Shown one piece after another: positions 1 to 9,186 of a stretch of DNA of 64,000 nucleotides. The position numbers were made by a program, and so were the translations under genes. Each line of letters begins with the position of its first letter. Positions within the stretch are counted from its first letter, which is position 1. Source of the stretch: Mobula hypostoma (Eukaryota). Location of the stretch: positions 206,896,001-206,960,000 of the forward strand of contig NC_086097.1 of assembly GCF_963921235.1 (NCBI RefSeq), read 5' to 3'. The notes beneath the pieces were generated by a model. It saw nothing but the letters and a program-made list of their open reading frames with translations. It was not told the origin of the DNA and ran no database searches.

Positions 1-445
1 ATACGTCCCAGTCCACTGACTCAAGGCAATCCTGTAACTATTCCTAGGCCTTCCACTACGACCTTTTGGTTGTCTTAATCTCTGGAGCCTTGCTGTTTAG
101 GTTGCATCTGTATGCAGGCAGTAGGAGTACAGCTAAATGATCCAACTTGCCAAAATGCAATCTCAGGAAGGAATGATAGGCATTCCTTATCGTAGTGTAG
201 CAGTGATCTAGTGTGTTGGGACCTCTGGTGCAACAGGTTATATGCTAGTGATAACTGGCAGGGTTTTCTTTAACCAGGGCTTGTTAAAGTCACTGACTAC
301 AATTTGAAATGTGTCGAGATGGGCCATTTCTTGTTTACAGACAACATTGTGCAATTTCGTGAGTGCTTGCTTAGAATGCCTGCAAGATGGCTTTTTAAAG
401 CAGCTCATAGTTAAGCCCAATAGAGGATCAGCTATTCTGTAATGA

Positions 446-3328
446 GTGTTGGGCAATGAATCAGAATTGACCAGGGAGCTTAAGGTCAAGGATAATTGTA
501 TAAGGGCTAAGAGAGTTGTAAAAGAGCGCCTGAAGGATTTGTGTGTCAATGCAAGGAGCATTCGTAATAAGGTGGATGAATTGAAAGTGCAGATTGTTAT
601 TAATGATTATGATATAGTTGGGATCACAGAGACATGGCTCCAGGGTGACCAGGGATGGGAGCTCAACGTTCAGGGATATTCAATATTCAGGAGGGATAGA
701 CATGAAGGAAGGGGAGGTGGGGTGGCGTTGCTGGTTAAAGAAGAGATTAACGCAATAGAAAGGAAGGACATAAGCCGGGAAGATGTGAAATCGATATGGG
801 TAGAGCTGCGTAACACTAAGGGGCAGAAGACACTGGTGGGAGTTGTGTACAGGCCACCTAAAAGTAGTAGTGAGGTCGGAGATGGTATTAAACAGGAAAT
901 TAGAAATGTGTGCAATAACGGAACAGCAATTATAATGGGTGACTTCAATCTACATGTAGATTGGATGAACCAAATTGGTAAAGGTGCTGAGGAAGAGGAT
1001 TTCTTGGAATGTATGCGGGATGGTTTTTTGAACCAACATGTCGAGGAACCAACTAGAGAGCAGGCTATTCTGGACTGGGTTTTGAGCAATGAGGAAGGGT
1101 TAATTAGCAATCTTGTCGTGAGAGGCCCCTTGGGTAAGAGTGACCATAATATGGTGGAATTCTTCATTAAGATGGAGAGTGACATAGTTAATTCAGAAAC
1201 AAAGGTTCTGAACTTAAAGACGGGTAACTTTGAAGGTATGAGACGTGAATTAGCTAAGATAGACTGGCAAATGACACTTGAAGGATTGACGGTGGATATG
1301 CAATGGCAAGCATTTAAAGGTTGCATGGATGAACTACAACAATTGTTCATCCCAGTTTGGCAAAAGAATAAATCAAGGAAGGTAGTGCACTCGTGGCTGA
1401 CAAGAGAAATTAGGGACAGTATCAATTCCAAAGAAGAAGCATACAAATTAGCCAGAGAAAGTGGCTCACCTGACGACTGGGAGAAATTCAGAGTTCAGCA
1501 GAGGAGGACAAAGGGCTTAATTAGGAAGGGGAAAAAAGATTATGAGAGAAAACTGGCAGGGAACATAAAAACGGACTGTAAAAGCTTTTATAGGTATGTA
1601 AAAAGGAAAAGACTGGTAAAGACAAATGTAGGTCCCCTACAGACAGAAACAGGTGAATTGATTATGGGGAGCAAGGACATGGCAGACCAATTGAATAATT
1701 ACTTTGGTTCTGTCTTCACTAAGGAGGACATAAATAATCTTCCAGAAATAGTAGGGGACAGAGGGTCCAGTGAGATGGAGGAACTGAGCGAAATACTTGT
1801 TAGTAGGGAAGTGGTGTTAGGTAAATTGAAGGGATTGAAGGCAGATAAATCCCTAGGGCCAGATGGTCTGCATCCTAGAGTGCTTAAGGAAGTAGCCCAA
1901 GAAATAGTGGATGCATTAGTGATAATTTTTCAAAACTCGTTAGATTCTGGACTAGTTCCTGAGGATTGGAGGGTGGCTAATGTAACCGCACTTTTTAAAA
2001 AAGGAGGGAGAGAGAAACCGGGGAATTATAGACCGGTTAGCCTAACGTCGGTGGTGGGGAAACTGCTGGAGTCAGTTATCAAAGATGTGATAACAGCACA
2101 TTTGGAAAGCGGTGAAATCATCAGACAAAGTCAGCATGGATTTGTGAAAGGAAAATCATGTCTGACGAATCTCATAGAATTTTTTGAGGATGTAACTAGT
2201 AGAGTGGATAGGGGAGAACCAGTGGATGTGGTATATTTGGATTTTCAAAAGGCTTTTGACAAGGTCCCACACAGGAGATTAGTGTGCAAACTTAAAGCAC
2301 ATGGTATTGGGGGTAAGGTATTGATGTGGATGGAGAATTGGTTAGCAGACAGGAAGCAAAGAGTGGGAATAAATGGGACCTTTTCAGAATGGCAGGCGGT
2401 GACTAGTGGGGTACCGCAAGGCTCAGTGCTGGGACCCCAGTTGTTTACAATATATATTAATGACTTGGATGAGGGAATTAAATGCAGCATCTCCAAGTTT
2501 GCGGATGACACGAAGCTGGGTGGCAGTGTTAGCTGTGAGGAGGATGCTAAGAGGATGCAGAGTGACTTGGATAGGTTGGGTGAGTGGGCAAATTCATGGC
2601 AGATGCAATTTAATGTGGATAAATGTGAAGTTATCCACTTTGGTGGCAAAAATAGGAAAACAGATTATTATCCTAATGGTGGCCAATTAGGAAAAGGGGA
2701 GGTGCAACGAGACCTGGGTGTCATTATACACCAGTCATTGAAAGTGGGCATGCAGGTACAGCAGGCGGTGAAAAAGGCGAATGGTATGCCGGCATTTATA
2801 GCGAGAGGATTCGAGTACAGGAGCAGGGAGGTACTACTGCAGTTGTACAAGGCCTTGGTGAGACCACACCTGGAGTATTGTGTGCAGTTTTGGTCCCCTA
2901 ATCTGAGGAAAGACATCCTTGCCATAGAGGGAGTACAAAGAAGGTTCACCAGATTGATTCCTGGGATGGCAGGACTTTCATATGAAGAAAGACTGGATGA
3001 ACTGGGCTTGTACTCGTTGGAATTTAGAAGATTGAGGGGGGATCTGATTGAAACATATAAAATCCTAAAGGGATTGGACAGGCTAGATGCAGGAAGATTG
3101 TTCCCGATGTTGGGGAAGTCCAGAACAAGGGGTCACAGTTTGAGAATAAAGGGGAAGCCTTTTAGGGCCGAGATTAGGAAAAACTTCTTCACACAGAGAG
3201 TGTGGAATTCTCTGCCACAGGAAACAGTTGAGGCCAGTTCATTGGCTATATTTAAGAGGGAGTTAAATATTGCCCTTGTGGCTACAGGGATCAGGGGGTA
3301 TGGAGGGAAGGCTGGGGCGGGGTTCTGA
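446..3328 (+). CDS. CR1 ORF2: apurinic-like endonuclease + reverse transcriptase, 960 aa open frame (first ~15 codons come from the host CR1)
   Basis: Motifs GITETWL, GVVYRPP, MGDFN, SDHN (APE); NYRPVSLTSV, YLDFQKAFDKVPH, GVPQGSVLGP, FADDTKL (RT). Confidence 0.9.
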   Translation: MLGNESELTRELKVKDNCIRAKRVVKERLKDLCVNARSIRNKVDELKVQIVINDYDIVGITETWLQGDQGWELNVQGYSIFRRDRHEGRGGGVALLVKEEINAIERKDISREDVKSIWVELRNTKGQKTLVGVVYRPPKSSSEVGDGIKQEIRNVCNNGTAIIMGDFNLHVDWMNQIGKGAEEEDFLECMRDGFLNQHVEEPTREQAILDWVLSNEEGLISNLVVRGPLGKSDHNMVEFFIKMESDIVNSETKVLNLKTGNFEGMRRELAKIDWQMTLEGLTVDMQWQAFKGCMDELQQLFIPVWQKNKSRKVVHSWLTREIRDSINSKEEAYKLARESGSPDDWEKFRVQQRRTKGLIRKGKKDYERKLAGNIKTDCKSFYRYVKRKRLVKTNVGPLQTETGELIMGSKDMADQLNNYFGSVFTKEDINNLPEIVGDRGSSEMEELSEILVSREVVLGKLKGLKADKSLGPDGLHPRVLKEVAQEIVDALVIIFQNSLDSGLVPEDWRVANVTALFKKGGREKPGNYRPVSLTSVVGKLLESVIKDVITAHLESGEIIRQSQHGFVKGKSCLTNLIEFFEDVTSRVDRGEPVDVVYLDFQKAFDKVPHRRLVCKLKAHGIGGKVLMWMENWLADRKQRVGINGTFSEWQAVTSGVPQGSVLGPQLFTIYINDLDEGIKCSISKFADDTKLGGSVSCEEDAKRMQSDLDRLGEWANSWQMQFNVDKCEVIHFGGKNRKTDYYPNGGQLGKGEVQRDLGVIIHQSLKVGMQVQQAVKKANGMPAFIARGFEYRSREVLLQLYKALVRPHLEYCVQFWSPNLRKDILAIEGVQRRFTRLIPGMAGLSYEERLDELGLYSLEFRRLRGDLIETYKILKGLDRLDAGRLFPMLGKSRTRGHSLRIKGKPFRAEIRKNFFTQRVWNSLPQETVEASSLAIFKRELNIALVATGIRGYGGKAGAGF

Positions 3329-3427
3329 GTTGGATGATCAGCCATGATCATAATAAATGGCGGTGCAGGCTCGAAGGGCCGAATGGCCTACTCCTGCACC
3401 TATTTTCTATGTTTCTATGTTTCTATG
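493..3427 (+). mobile_element. Young 5'-truncated CR1 LINE (ORF2 + 3'UTR + (TTTCTATG)n tail)
   Basis: Uninterrupted APE+RT frame, 3'UTR stem-loop gcaggctcgaagggccgaatggcctactcctgc, octamer tail about 3404-3427. No ORF1 upstream. Confidence 0.95.
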
Positions 3428-4280
3428 AACCTTAGGGGCCAATGATCATAATATGATAGAATTCACTCCTCAATTTGAAAGCTAGTAGCTAGACTCAGAT
3501 GTATCAGTATTACAGTGAAGTAAAGGTAATTACAAAGGCATGGGAGAGGAGCTGGCCAAAGTTGTTTGGAAGGGGACACTAACAGGGATAATAGCAGAGC
3601 ACAATGGTTGGAATATCTAGGAGCAATTCATAAAGTGTAAGATAAATACATTCCAAAGAAGAAGTATTCTAAAGCCAGGATGACACAACTGTGGCTAACA
3701 AGGGAAGTCAAAACCAATATAAAAGCCAAAGAGAAGTCAAGGATAGAACAAAAATGATTGGAAATTAGGAAGCTTCTAAAAAGGCAACTAAAATGTCATA
3801 AAGAGGGAAAAGATGGGATATGAAGATAAGATAGTCAATAATATTAAAGAGGATACCAAAAGAATCTTCAGGTATATAACGAGTAAAACAAAGATGAGAG
3901 TAGATCTTGGTCTGTAGAAAATAATGCTGGAGAGATAATAATGGGGTCAAGGAAATGGCGGGCAAACTAAATAAGTATTTTTCATCAGACTTCACTGTGG
4001 AAGACACATGCAGCATGCCGGAAGTTCGAGGGTATTGGGGCAGCAGTCAGTAAAGTTGCCATTTCTAGGTAAGGTGCTTTGGAAAATGAAAGGTCTGAAG
4101 GTAGATAAATCACCTGCACCAGATGACGTACCCTCGAGGGTACTAAGAGAGGTGGCTGAAGAGATTGTGGAGGCATTTTTAATGATCTTTCAAGAATCAA
4201 TGGATGGCATGATTCCGGGGAACTAGAAAATTGCAGATGTCATTTCACTGTATAGGCAAAATAGGGAGTTAACTGTACAG

Positions 4281-5298
4281 CTGCTTTGGGGGCAAACCTA
4301 TTGGGAAAACACATGGGACGCTGCCCAGTGGTGGCAGATCACTGTCTACCATGCAGATGCCTATACTTCCCATGACACAGAGAAGTGGCACATGGCGCTG
4401 CGGTTGGTAGAACTGCTTAGATAATGACAGCCAAGGTGACACCAGTGGAGGAAGATTGGGATTGTTAGGCCCTGTAGGCACATCAGAAGAGTAGGCATCT
4501 AGGGGTGGAAAAGCAAGCTTCAAAGGTTCATTTATTATCAAAGTTTGTATGCAGTATACAACTCTGAGATTCTTCTTCTTCAGATAGCCACGAAACAAAG
4601 AAAACCATGGAATCCATTGAAAGAAAGACATCACCACCCCCCGCATTAAAAAGAAACAAGAACTCACAAATCCCAAACCCCAACCCCCTGCCTTTCACAA
4701 AAATACTAACAGATCTTCCCAGACAGAAAATGGCAATAGGGACATCAAAACCCAAACCCCAAACCGTTAACCGTCAACACCCCATTCGGCAACAAAAAAG
4801 AATAGGCAAAAACACAAAAAACTGAAGGAGACCAATATGTAGGGAAATGGGCAGAGTCCCAAGGGGTGGCACTCACATGTGATGAAGCTAAGACAGCAGC
4901 AGTGAATTGTCCAGCGCGCCAGCAGGTGCAAGTGAAACCAAGAGGATGGCTGGTGGACCCCTGGGGATGAGGTGCAGGGGGAAGGTTAGTTTTCCAAAGT
5001 GGACGATGTTGAGACTTTATGATAATAAGCAACATGTGTTGACTATGGTGGCTACTTACAAGGGTCTTCCCCAATGTCCCAACAATTGGAAGTGTCTGAC
5101 CCTCCTCCCCCTAGAAGCAGAAGAGGTGGAACTGGAAGAGCAGTCAGGAAGGTATGCATACAACAACCAGCTGGGCCACCGGAAAAGGGGGAGGTTATGG
5201 TGCAGGGGCTTGGCACCTCCAGGAGAATAGGGAGATGTGTCTGTATCCACAGCGATTATCCAAAAGGGAGTGATAGGGTGCATCCCTACATTGTAGAA
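4281..5298 (+). pseudogene. pol: ERV pol remnant (RNase H C-terminus + integrase), class III (ERV-L/ERV-S-like) motifs
   Basis: 4281-4388 LLWGQTYWENTWDAAQWWQITVYHADAYT (RNase H). 4478-4513 AHQKSRHLGVEK and 4848-4925 WAESQGVALTCDEAKTAAVNCPARQQ (HHCC finger). 4996-5068 KVDDVETL/DNKQHVLTMVATYKGL (core start). About 5143-5220 VRKVCIQQPAGPPEKGEVMVQGLG (C-terminal domain). Most of the catalytic core is deleted. Confidence 0.7.
4518..4823 (-). mobile_element. Non-LTR/SINE-like 3' end fragment inserted in the ERV integrase zinc finger
   Basis: Minus strand ends ..gataataaatgaacctttgaa, resembling tails near 41030 and 56520. It separates the HH and CC halves of the integrase finger. Confidence 0.55.
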
Positions 5299-6253
5299 AT
5301 GGCCATGACATTGCTACTACTCTTCACCACAGTGGGGATCTTGACAACCACCTTTCTTAGAACATTGTATGAAAATATTCATGAACAAGTTGAAGTGTTG
5401 GGTGTACTCCTAGATTCCAGTGCACTCAGATCCCCGTCCCTCTGAATGACATCGAATTCCGGTCATGGAACGAATCTGTCATGAGATTGTCAGCTAAGAC
5501 TGTTGCATGGCACCGTAAGAGGAGGTGTGTTTAAGAGATGGTACAGTACATACTGGCATATGATCAGAGTAAGATCAAAGTACCAACGTTGAACATAATA
5601 CTGTGATGCAAGAATAATTACCATTACTGTTATGATGGGCAGGTTCCAATGGGAAGTAGTAGCTCACGTACCTCTATGCATGTTAATGGCACAGAGCAGT
5701 GCAGCATTACTATGGTGAGAATATACCATTTTGGGGCAGGGTTTGTTTTCCATGTTGAATGGCACATTTTGGGTGTGCAGCTCCTGGACCTACTTTTGGC
5801 TCCCTATGGGCTGGACCAGCTGTTGGTACGTGGGGTATGTTGTGCCATATGTGTAACTCATTGATGATCTGGTCAATCACCTCACCAACAAATTGAAATA
5901 TCAGTGCAAGGGTATCACAGAGGCCAATCAGTTCTAGATGATAGGTTTTTCTCCATAACCCGGTTATCAAGGGAGTCCAGCCTGATGTCCTCAGTCAGAA
6001 AAGAAGGGCAATGGATTATATATTGGCAATGGAAGGAGGAGCTTACGCATTATAGGCCAGGAATGTTGTATGTACATCCCTAATGAATCAGAAAATTAAC
6101 AGATTTTGCTGACCATATCCAATATAAAATTCATAGTGTAGGATGTAAGTACAATACTCCAGGAGGGAATTGGTGAGCTTTTGGAGTGCAAGGAGGCTGA
6201 TGGGTTACCGTTGTCCACTGGAGAGTTACAATAGCCATTTTGCTTTTATGCTT

Positions 6254-6669
6254 TTTTAAAAACGCAAACACGAGGAATTCTGCAGATGCTGGAAATTCAA
6301 GCAACACACATCAAAGTTGCTGGTGAAGGCAACAGGCCAGGCAGCATCTCTAGGGAGAGGTACAGTCGACGTTTCAGGCCGAGACTCCTCGTCAGGACTA
6401 ACTGAAGAAAGAGCTAGTAAGAGATTTAAAAGTGGGAGGGGGAGGGCGAGATCGAGTCTGAGTCAAAATGTGGTCAAAAAGTTGAAGAGCCGAAGAAATT
6501 ACAGATGGGGAGTAGTGAGAGATGGTTTCACTGAACTCCCGTCGAAGAGAAGCTTTAAACTTCTTCAATGTAGGCATCACCGGAAGAGGCTTCGCAGTAG
6601 TGAATTTAAAAATGCAAACACAAGGAATTCTGCTGATGCTGGAAGTTCAAGCAACACACATCAAAGTGC
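6254..6669 (-). mobile_element. Internally deleted Penelope-like element (partial pLTR + likely ORF start joined to terminal pLTR)
   Basis: Two direct copies of gcaaacac.aggaattctgc.gatgctggaa.ttcaagcaacacacatcaaagt; hammerhead motif; 14-bp TSD ttgcttttatgctt at 6240-6253 and 6670-6683. Confidence 0.8.
6364..6399 (-). ncRNA. Minimal type I hammerhead ribozyme (Penelope pLTR)
   Basis: Minus strand agtc-CTGACGA-ggagtctcggcct-GAAAC-GTC-gact: stem I agtc/gact, intact core, GUC cleavage triplet. Confidence 0.75.
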
Positions 6670-6926
6670 TTGCTTTTATGCTTATTATTTCTCGATTAAC
6701 TTGCAATATTATGGTTGGTCCATGGGTGTTGTATTAAAGACTGTGGGCCAGATATAATGGGCTTGCAACATTCTAGGGGTTTAATGTATTGTAAAAGGTT
6801 CATCTTTGTGTTTGTCAAATATCTTACCACTATGACTTTGAATGTACTTGAACTGGCTGCAAGAGCTTTGATTACACTATGGGAATAGTGCCGTCACAAC
6901 ATGAATGGTGAATACAGGGGTGGAAT

Positions 6927-7264
6927 TCGTGACGGGTGGTGACAAATGATGATTGGTTCTGGTTTGATGGTTTCAGCTGGTGCTAAAGTATTAGTCTACT
7001 TACTGTAGCATTTCATATCAGTGGGACGGGTATCAAAGTGGAGCAGTCAGGGGAATTAAGGATAGTTTTTAGGGGCTTTACTGATGGACAGGTCGTCAGC
7101 AAAATGGGAAATGTGCCACTGTCAGAGGGCCCTGCGCATACTGAGATAAGTATTTTAATGCTTATTCTGTTCTGTCCTAATAAACAAAGTTTTATAGTTC
7201 TGCCCAAAATTGAATTTGTGTCTTTCTGCTTGACTGAGTCACAATGCAAACCTTTGATATAACA
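6927..7264 (+). repeat. Candidate 3' LTR of the ERV
   Basis: Follows PPT AGGGGTGGAA (6916-6925); AATAAA at 7179-7184; ends ..gatataaca. The 5' TG is degenerate and there is no second LTR in the window for confirmation. Confidence 0.55.
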
Positions 7265-7289
7265 TAGCACTTCTATGAACTCTGTCTAT

Positions 7290-7745
7290 GTCCTCTCTTC
7301 TCTCCTCTTCAGTCGGGCAGAAGATACCAAAGTCTAAAAGCACCTATCAGGAGGCTCAAAGACAGCTTCTAACCTATTGTTATAAATTAACTGAATGGTA
7401 CCTTGATATAGGATGGAAACAACCTCAGAATCTAACTTGTTATGAGCCTGAACCTCATTGTTTATTATTGCACTGCACTTTCTCTGTAGATGTTACATAT
7501 TAATTTACTTTGTGTGAACACTACCTCACTTTTTTAATATATATTATTTCTGTTTTTTGCATGATTTTTAATCTATTCAATATATGTAAACTGTAATTGA
7601 TTTACTTATTTACTTGTTATGATTATTATTACTTCATTTTTTTCTTCTTCTTCTATATTATGCATTGCATTGAACTGCTGCTGCTAAGTTAACAAATTTC
7701 ATGTCACATCTCAGTGCTAATAAACCTGATTTCTGATTCTGATGC
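7290..7745 (+). mobile_element. Rex1/Babar-like LINE 3' end fragments
   Basis: 3'UTR and (TTCTGA)n tail ..taataaacctgatttctgattctga match the copy ending near 42140. Confidence 0.55.
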
Positions 7746-9186
7746 ATCGTTATTGTTTTACTCTCTTTTATCTCCATGCACTGTGTAATGACCTAATCTA
7801 TATGTACAGCATGCAAGATGAGATTTTTACTGTGTCTTGGCATATGTGACAATAATAATCCAATTTTAATTCCATTTCCAGAGCCAATTTTCATAGTCAG
7901 AACATTAAAGAAACATGAATGCTGTAACAATGGCCCCAATATTGCAGATAATTATGAACATGTCCAAACAAAACTCTTGCCATTTGCTCATTCAGTCCAA
8001 TGTAGTCAACCGCAGAACCACAGAATTAGCAATAAAAGTAAAGGTAAGTTGTGTTTTAAAGTAATTACGTTATTTACTATTCAAAAATTTTCAGCTGATT
8101 TTACTTTAAGAATGTTTAATAACTTCTTTCAAAATCTTAAAATTACTTTGTTCACTTTTAACAGTTTTTATGTTTCCGAATGTAAGTGACATCTAAAACG
8201 TTTAATATTACTTGCAAGTTCGGCAGATGATAAAATTGGGATAGAGTTTTGGCAGCCCTCAAGCATTTTTGAGGCATTTCAGGGATAAGACTGCCTCAGC
8301 GCACCACTTAGATCCTCAGTGTTAGAATGCACAATCCTAGGTTCCCAAGATGGGACACCTACACATGGACCAGGTAAGGTGTGGTCCGGGGCGATCCCAG
8401 AAAGCAATTAAAGGATTTGTCCAATTCATTTTCTTTTGAAGGAATGAGATTCATACCAGTAAAGTTAGTTTATCTGGTTCAGAGAGGTTATTTAACATAA
8501 TTAAAGTGTAGCTCATTCCTAAAAGGCAGAGAATTCTAATTTAAACGGCTTCACTTCTCAATTTAATGTGAGAATAGTGGGTAATTAGTCCATTCCATAC
8601 TCTGACAGTGATCTCTATACAGATTCCATTGGTGATAATTGAACCAATATGCCTTCCGAAGGAGAAGGGTACTGTACCAGCAGCTTCCAATTTTCCATAT
8701 GTAAATGCATATACAGAAGAGCCAGAAATTGCTGCCAGTTATATCCATTGAAAACAACACGCTGACAGCTTCACTGTCAGCAAAATCTATGCCAATTTCT
8801 TTAATCTCATAATGAATCTGTTACTGGCATATATGAAGGTGCATGTTTAAGATTAATGAAGTGATTATTAGAATTTCCAGATATTTTGCTTGAAATAAAT
8901 AAAATTGAAAAACTGGAAATTTTTACAGTTAGATCGGCATGTTTTAAACACAGATATCTTCTGGGTTGTGCTGTCTGCTGTACAGATTGGGCTGTTTAGA
9001 ATATGTGATCACATATTGTGAGGGAGAATTTGATGTTTTGTGACTTTTGATGAAAATATTTTTCGTATTTGTACTTCATTAGCCTACATTGACTTTTAAA
9101 TTGCTTTGTGACTTATAAAGCTGAAAGAGGGAGGATTGATTTAGTTAGTATGCAATAATTCTTTATTTTACAGAGTTTATTTTGCA

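Larger units (their letters stand above)
350..4265 (+). mobile_element. Old degenerate CR1 LINE (endonuclease to early RT), split by a younger CR1 at about 493-3426
   Basis: Left part reads CLQDGFLKQLIVKPNRGSAIL*..LGNESELTRELKVK. It resumes at 3428 with approximately (E)PLGANDHNMIEF and later KMKGLKVDKSPAPDDVPSRVLREVAEEIVEA. Many stops and indels. Confidence 0.8.
5299..6890 (+). pseudogene. env: ERV env remnant, gamma-type (SU CxxC, immunosuppressive domain, CX6CC, transmembrane anchor)
   Basis: Signal-like MAMTLLLLFTTVG (5299); KCWVYS*IPVHS (5393-5428); NGTFWVCSSWTYFWLPMGWTSCWYVGYVVP (5758-5847); QKRRAMDYILAMEGGAYA/IIGQECCMYIPNESEN (5996-6096, one frameshift); hydrophobic IAILLLCLLFL..LAILWLVHGCCIK spanning the 6254-6669 insertion. 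Confidence 0.85.
4270..7264 (+). mobile_element. Degraded endogenous retrovirus (3' half: RNase H, integrase, env, PPT, candidate 3' LTR), interrupted by two later insertions
   Basis: Collinear pol and env motifs found by manual translation (see sub-features), PPT-like AGGGGTGGAA at 6916-6925, then an LTR-like segment with AATAAA ending in ..AACA. Confidence 0.8.

Noticed and set aside
670..2949. Long antisense ORFs (e.g. 670-1446, 2245-2649) and similar ones opposite other LINEs
   Set aside because: Shadow frames of CR1 and Penelope coding sequence; no independent evidence of coding function.
4470..6200. G>A changes in the ERV (probable TGG>TAG/TGA, TGC>TAC) suggesting deaminase hypermutation
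   Set aside because: Ascertainment bias: I only notice changes at conserved Trp/Cys codons, other substitution types and indels are also common, and there is no consensus to test against.
7883..8048. Possible exon (ttccag acceptor, aag|gtaagt donor) within ORF 7818-8189
   Set aside because: The peptide resembles no protein I recognise and no partner exons were found; such splice-like motifs occur by chance.
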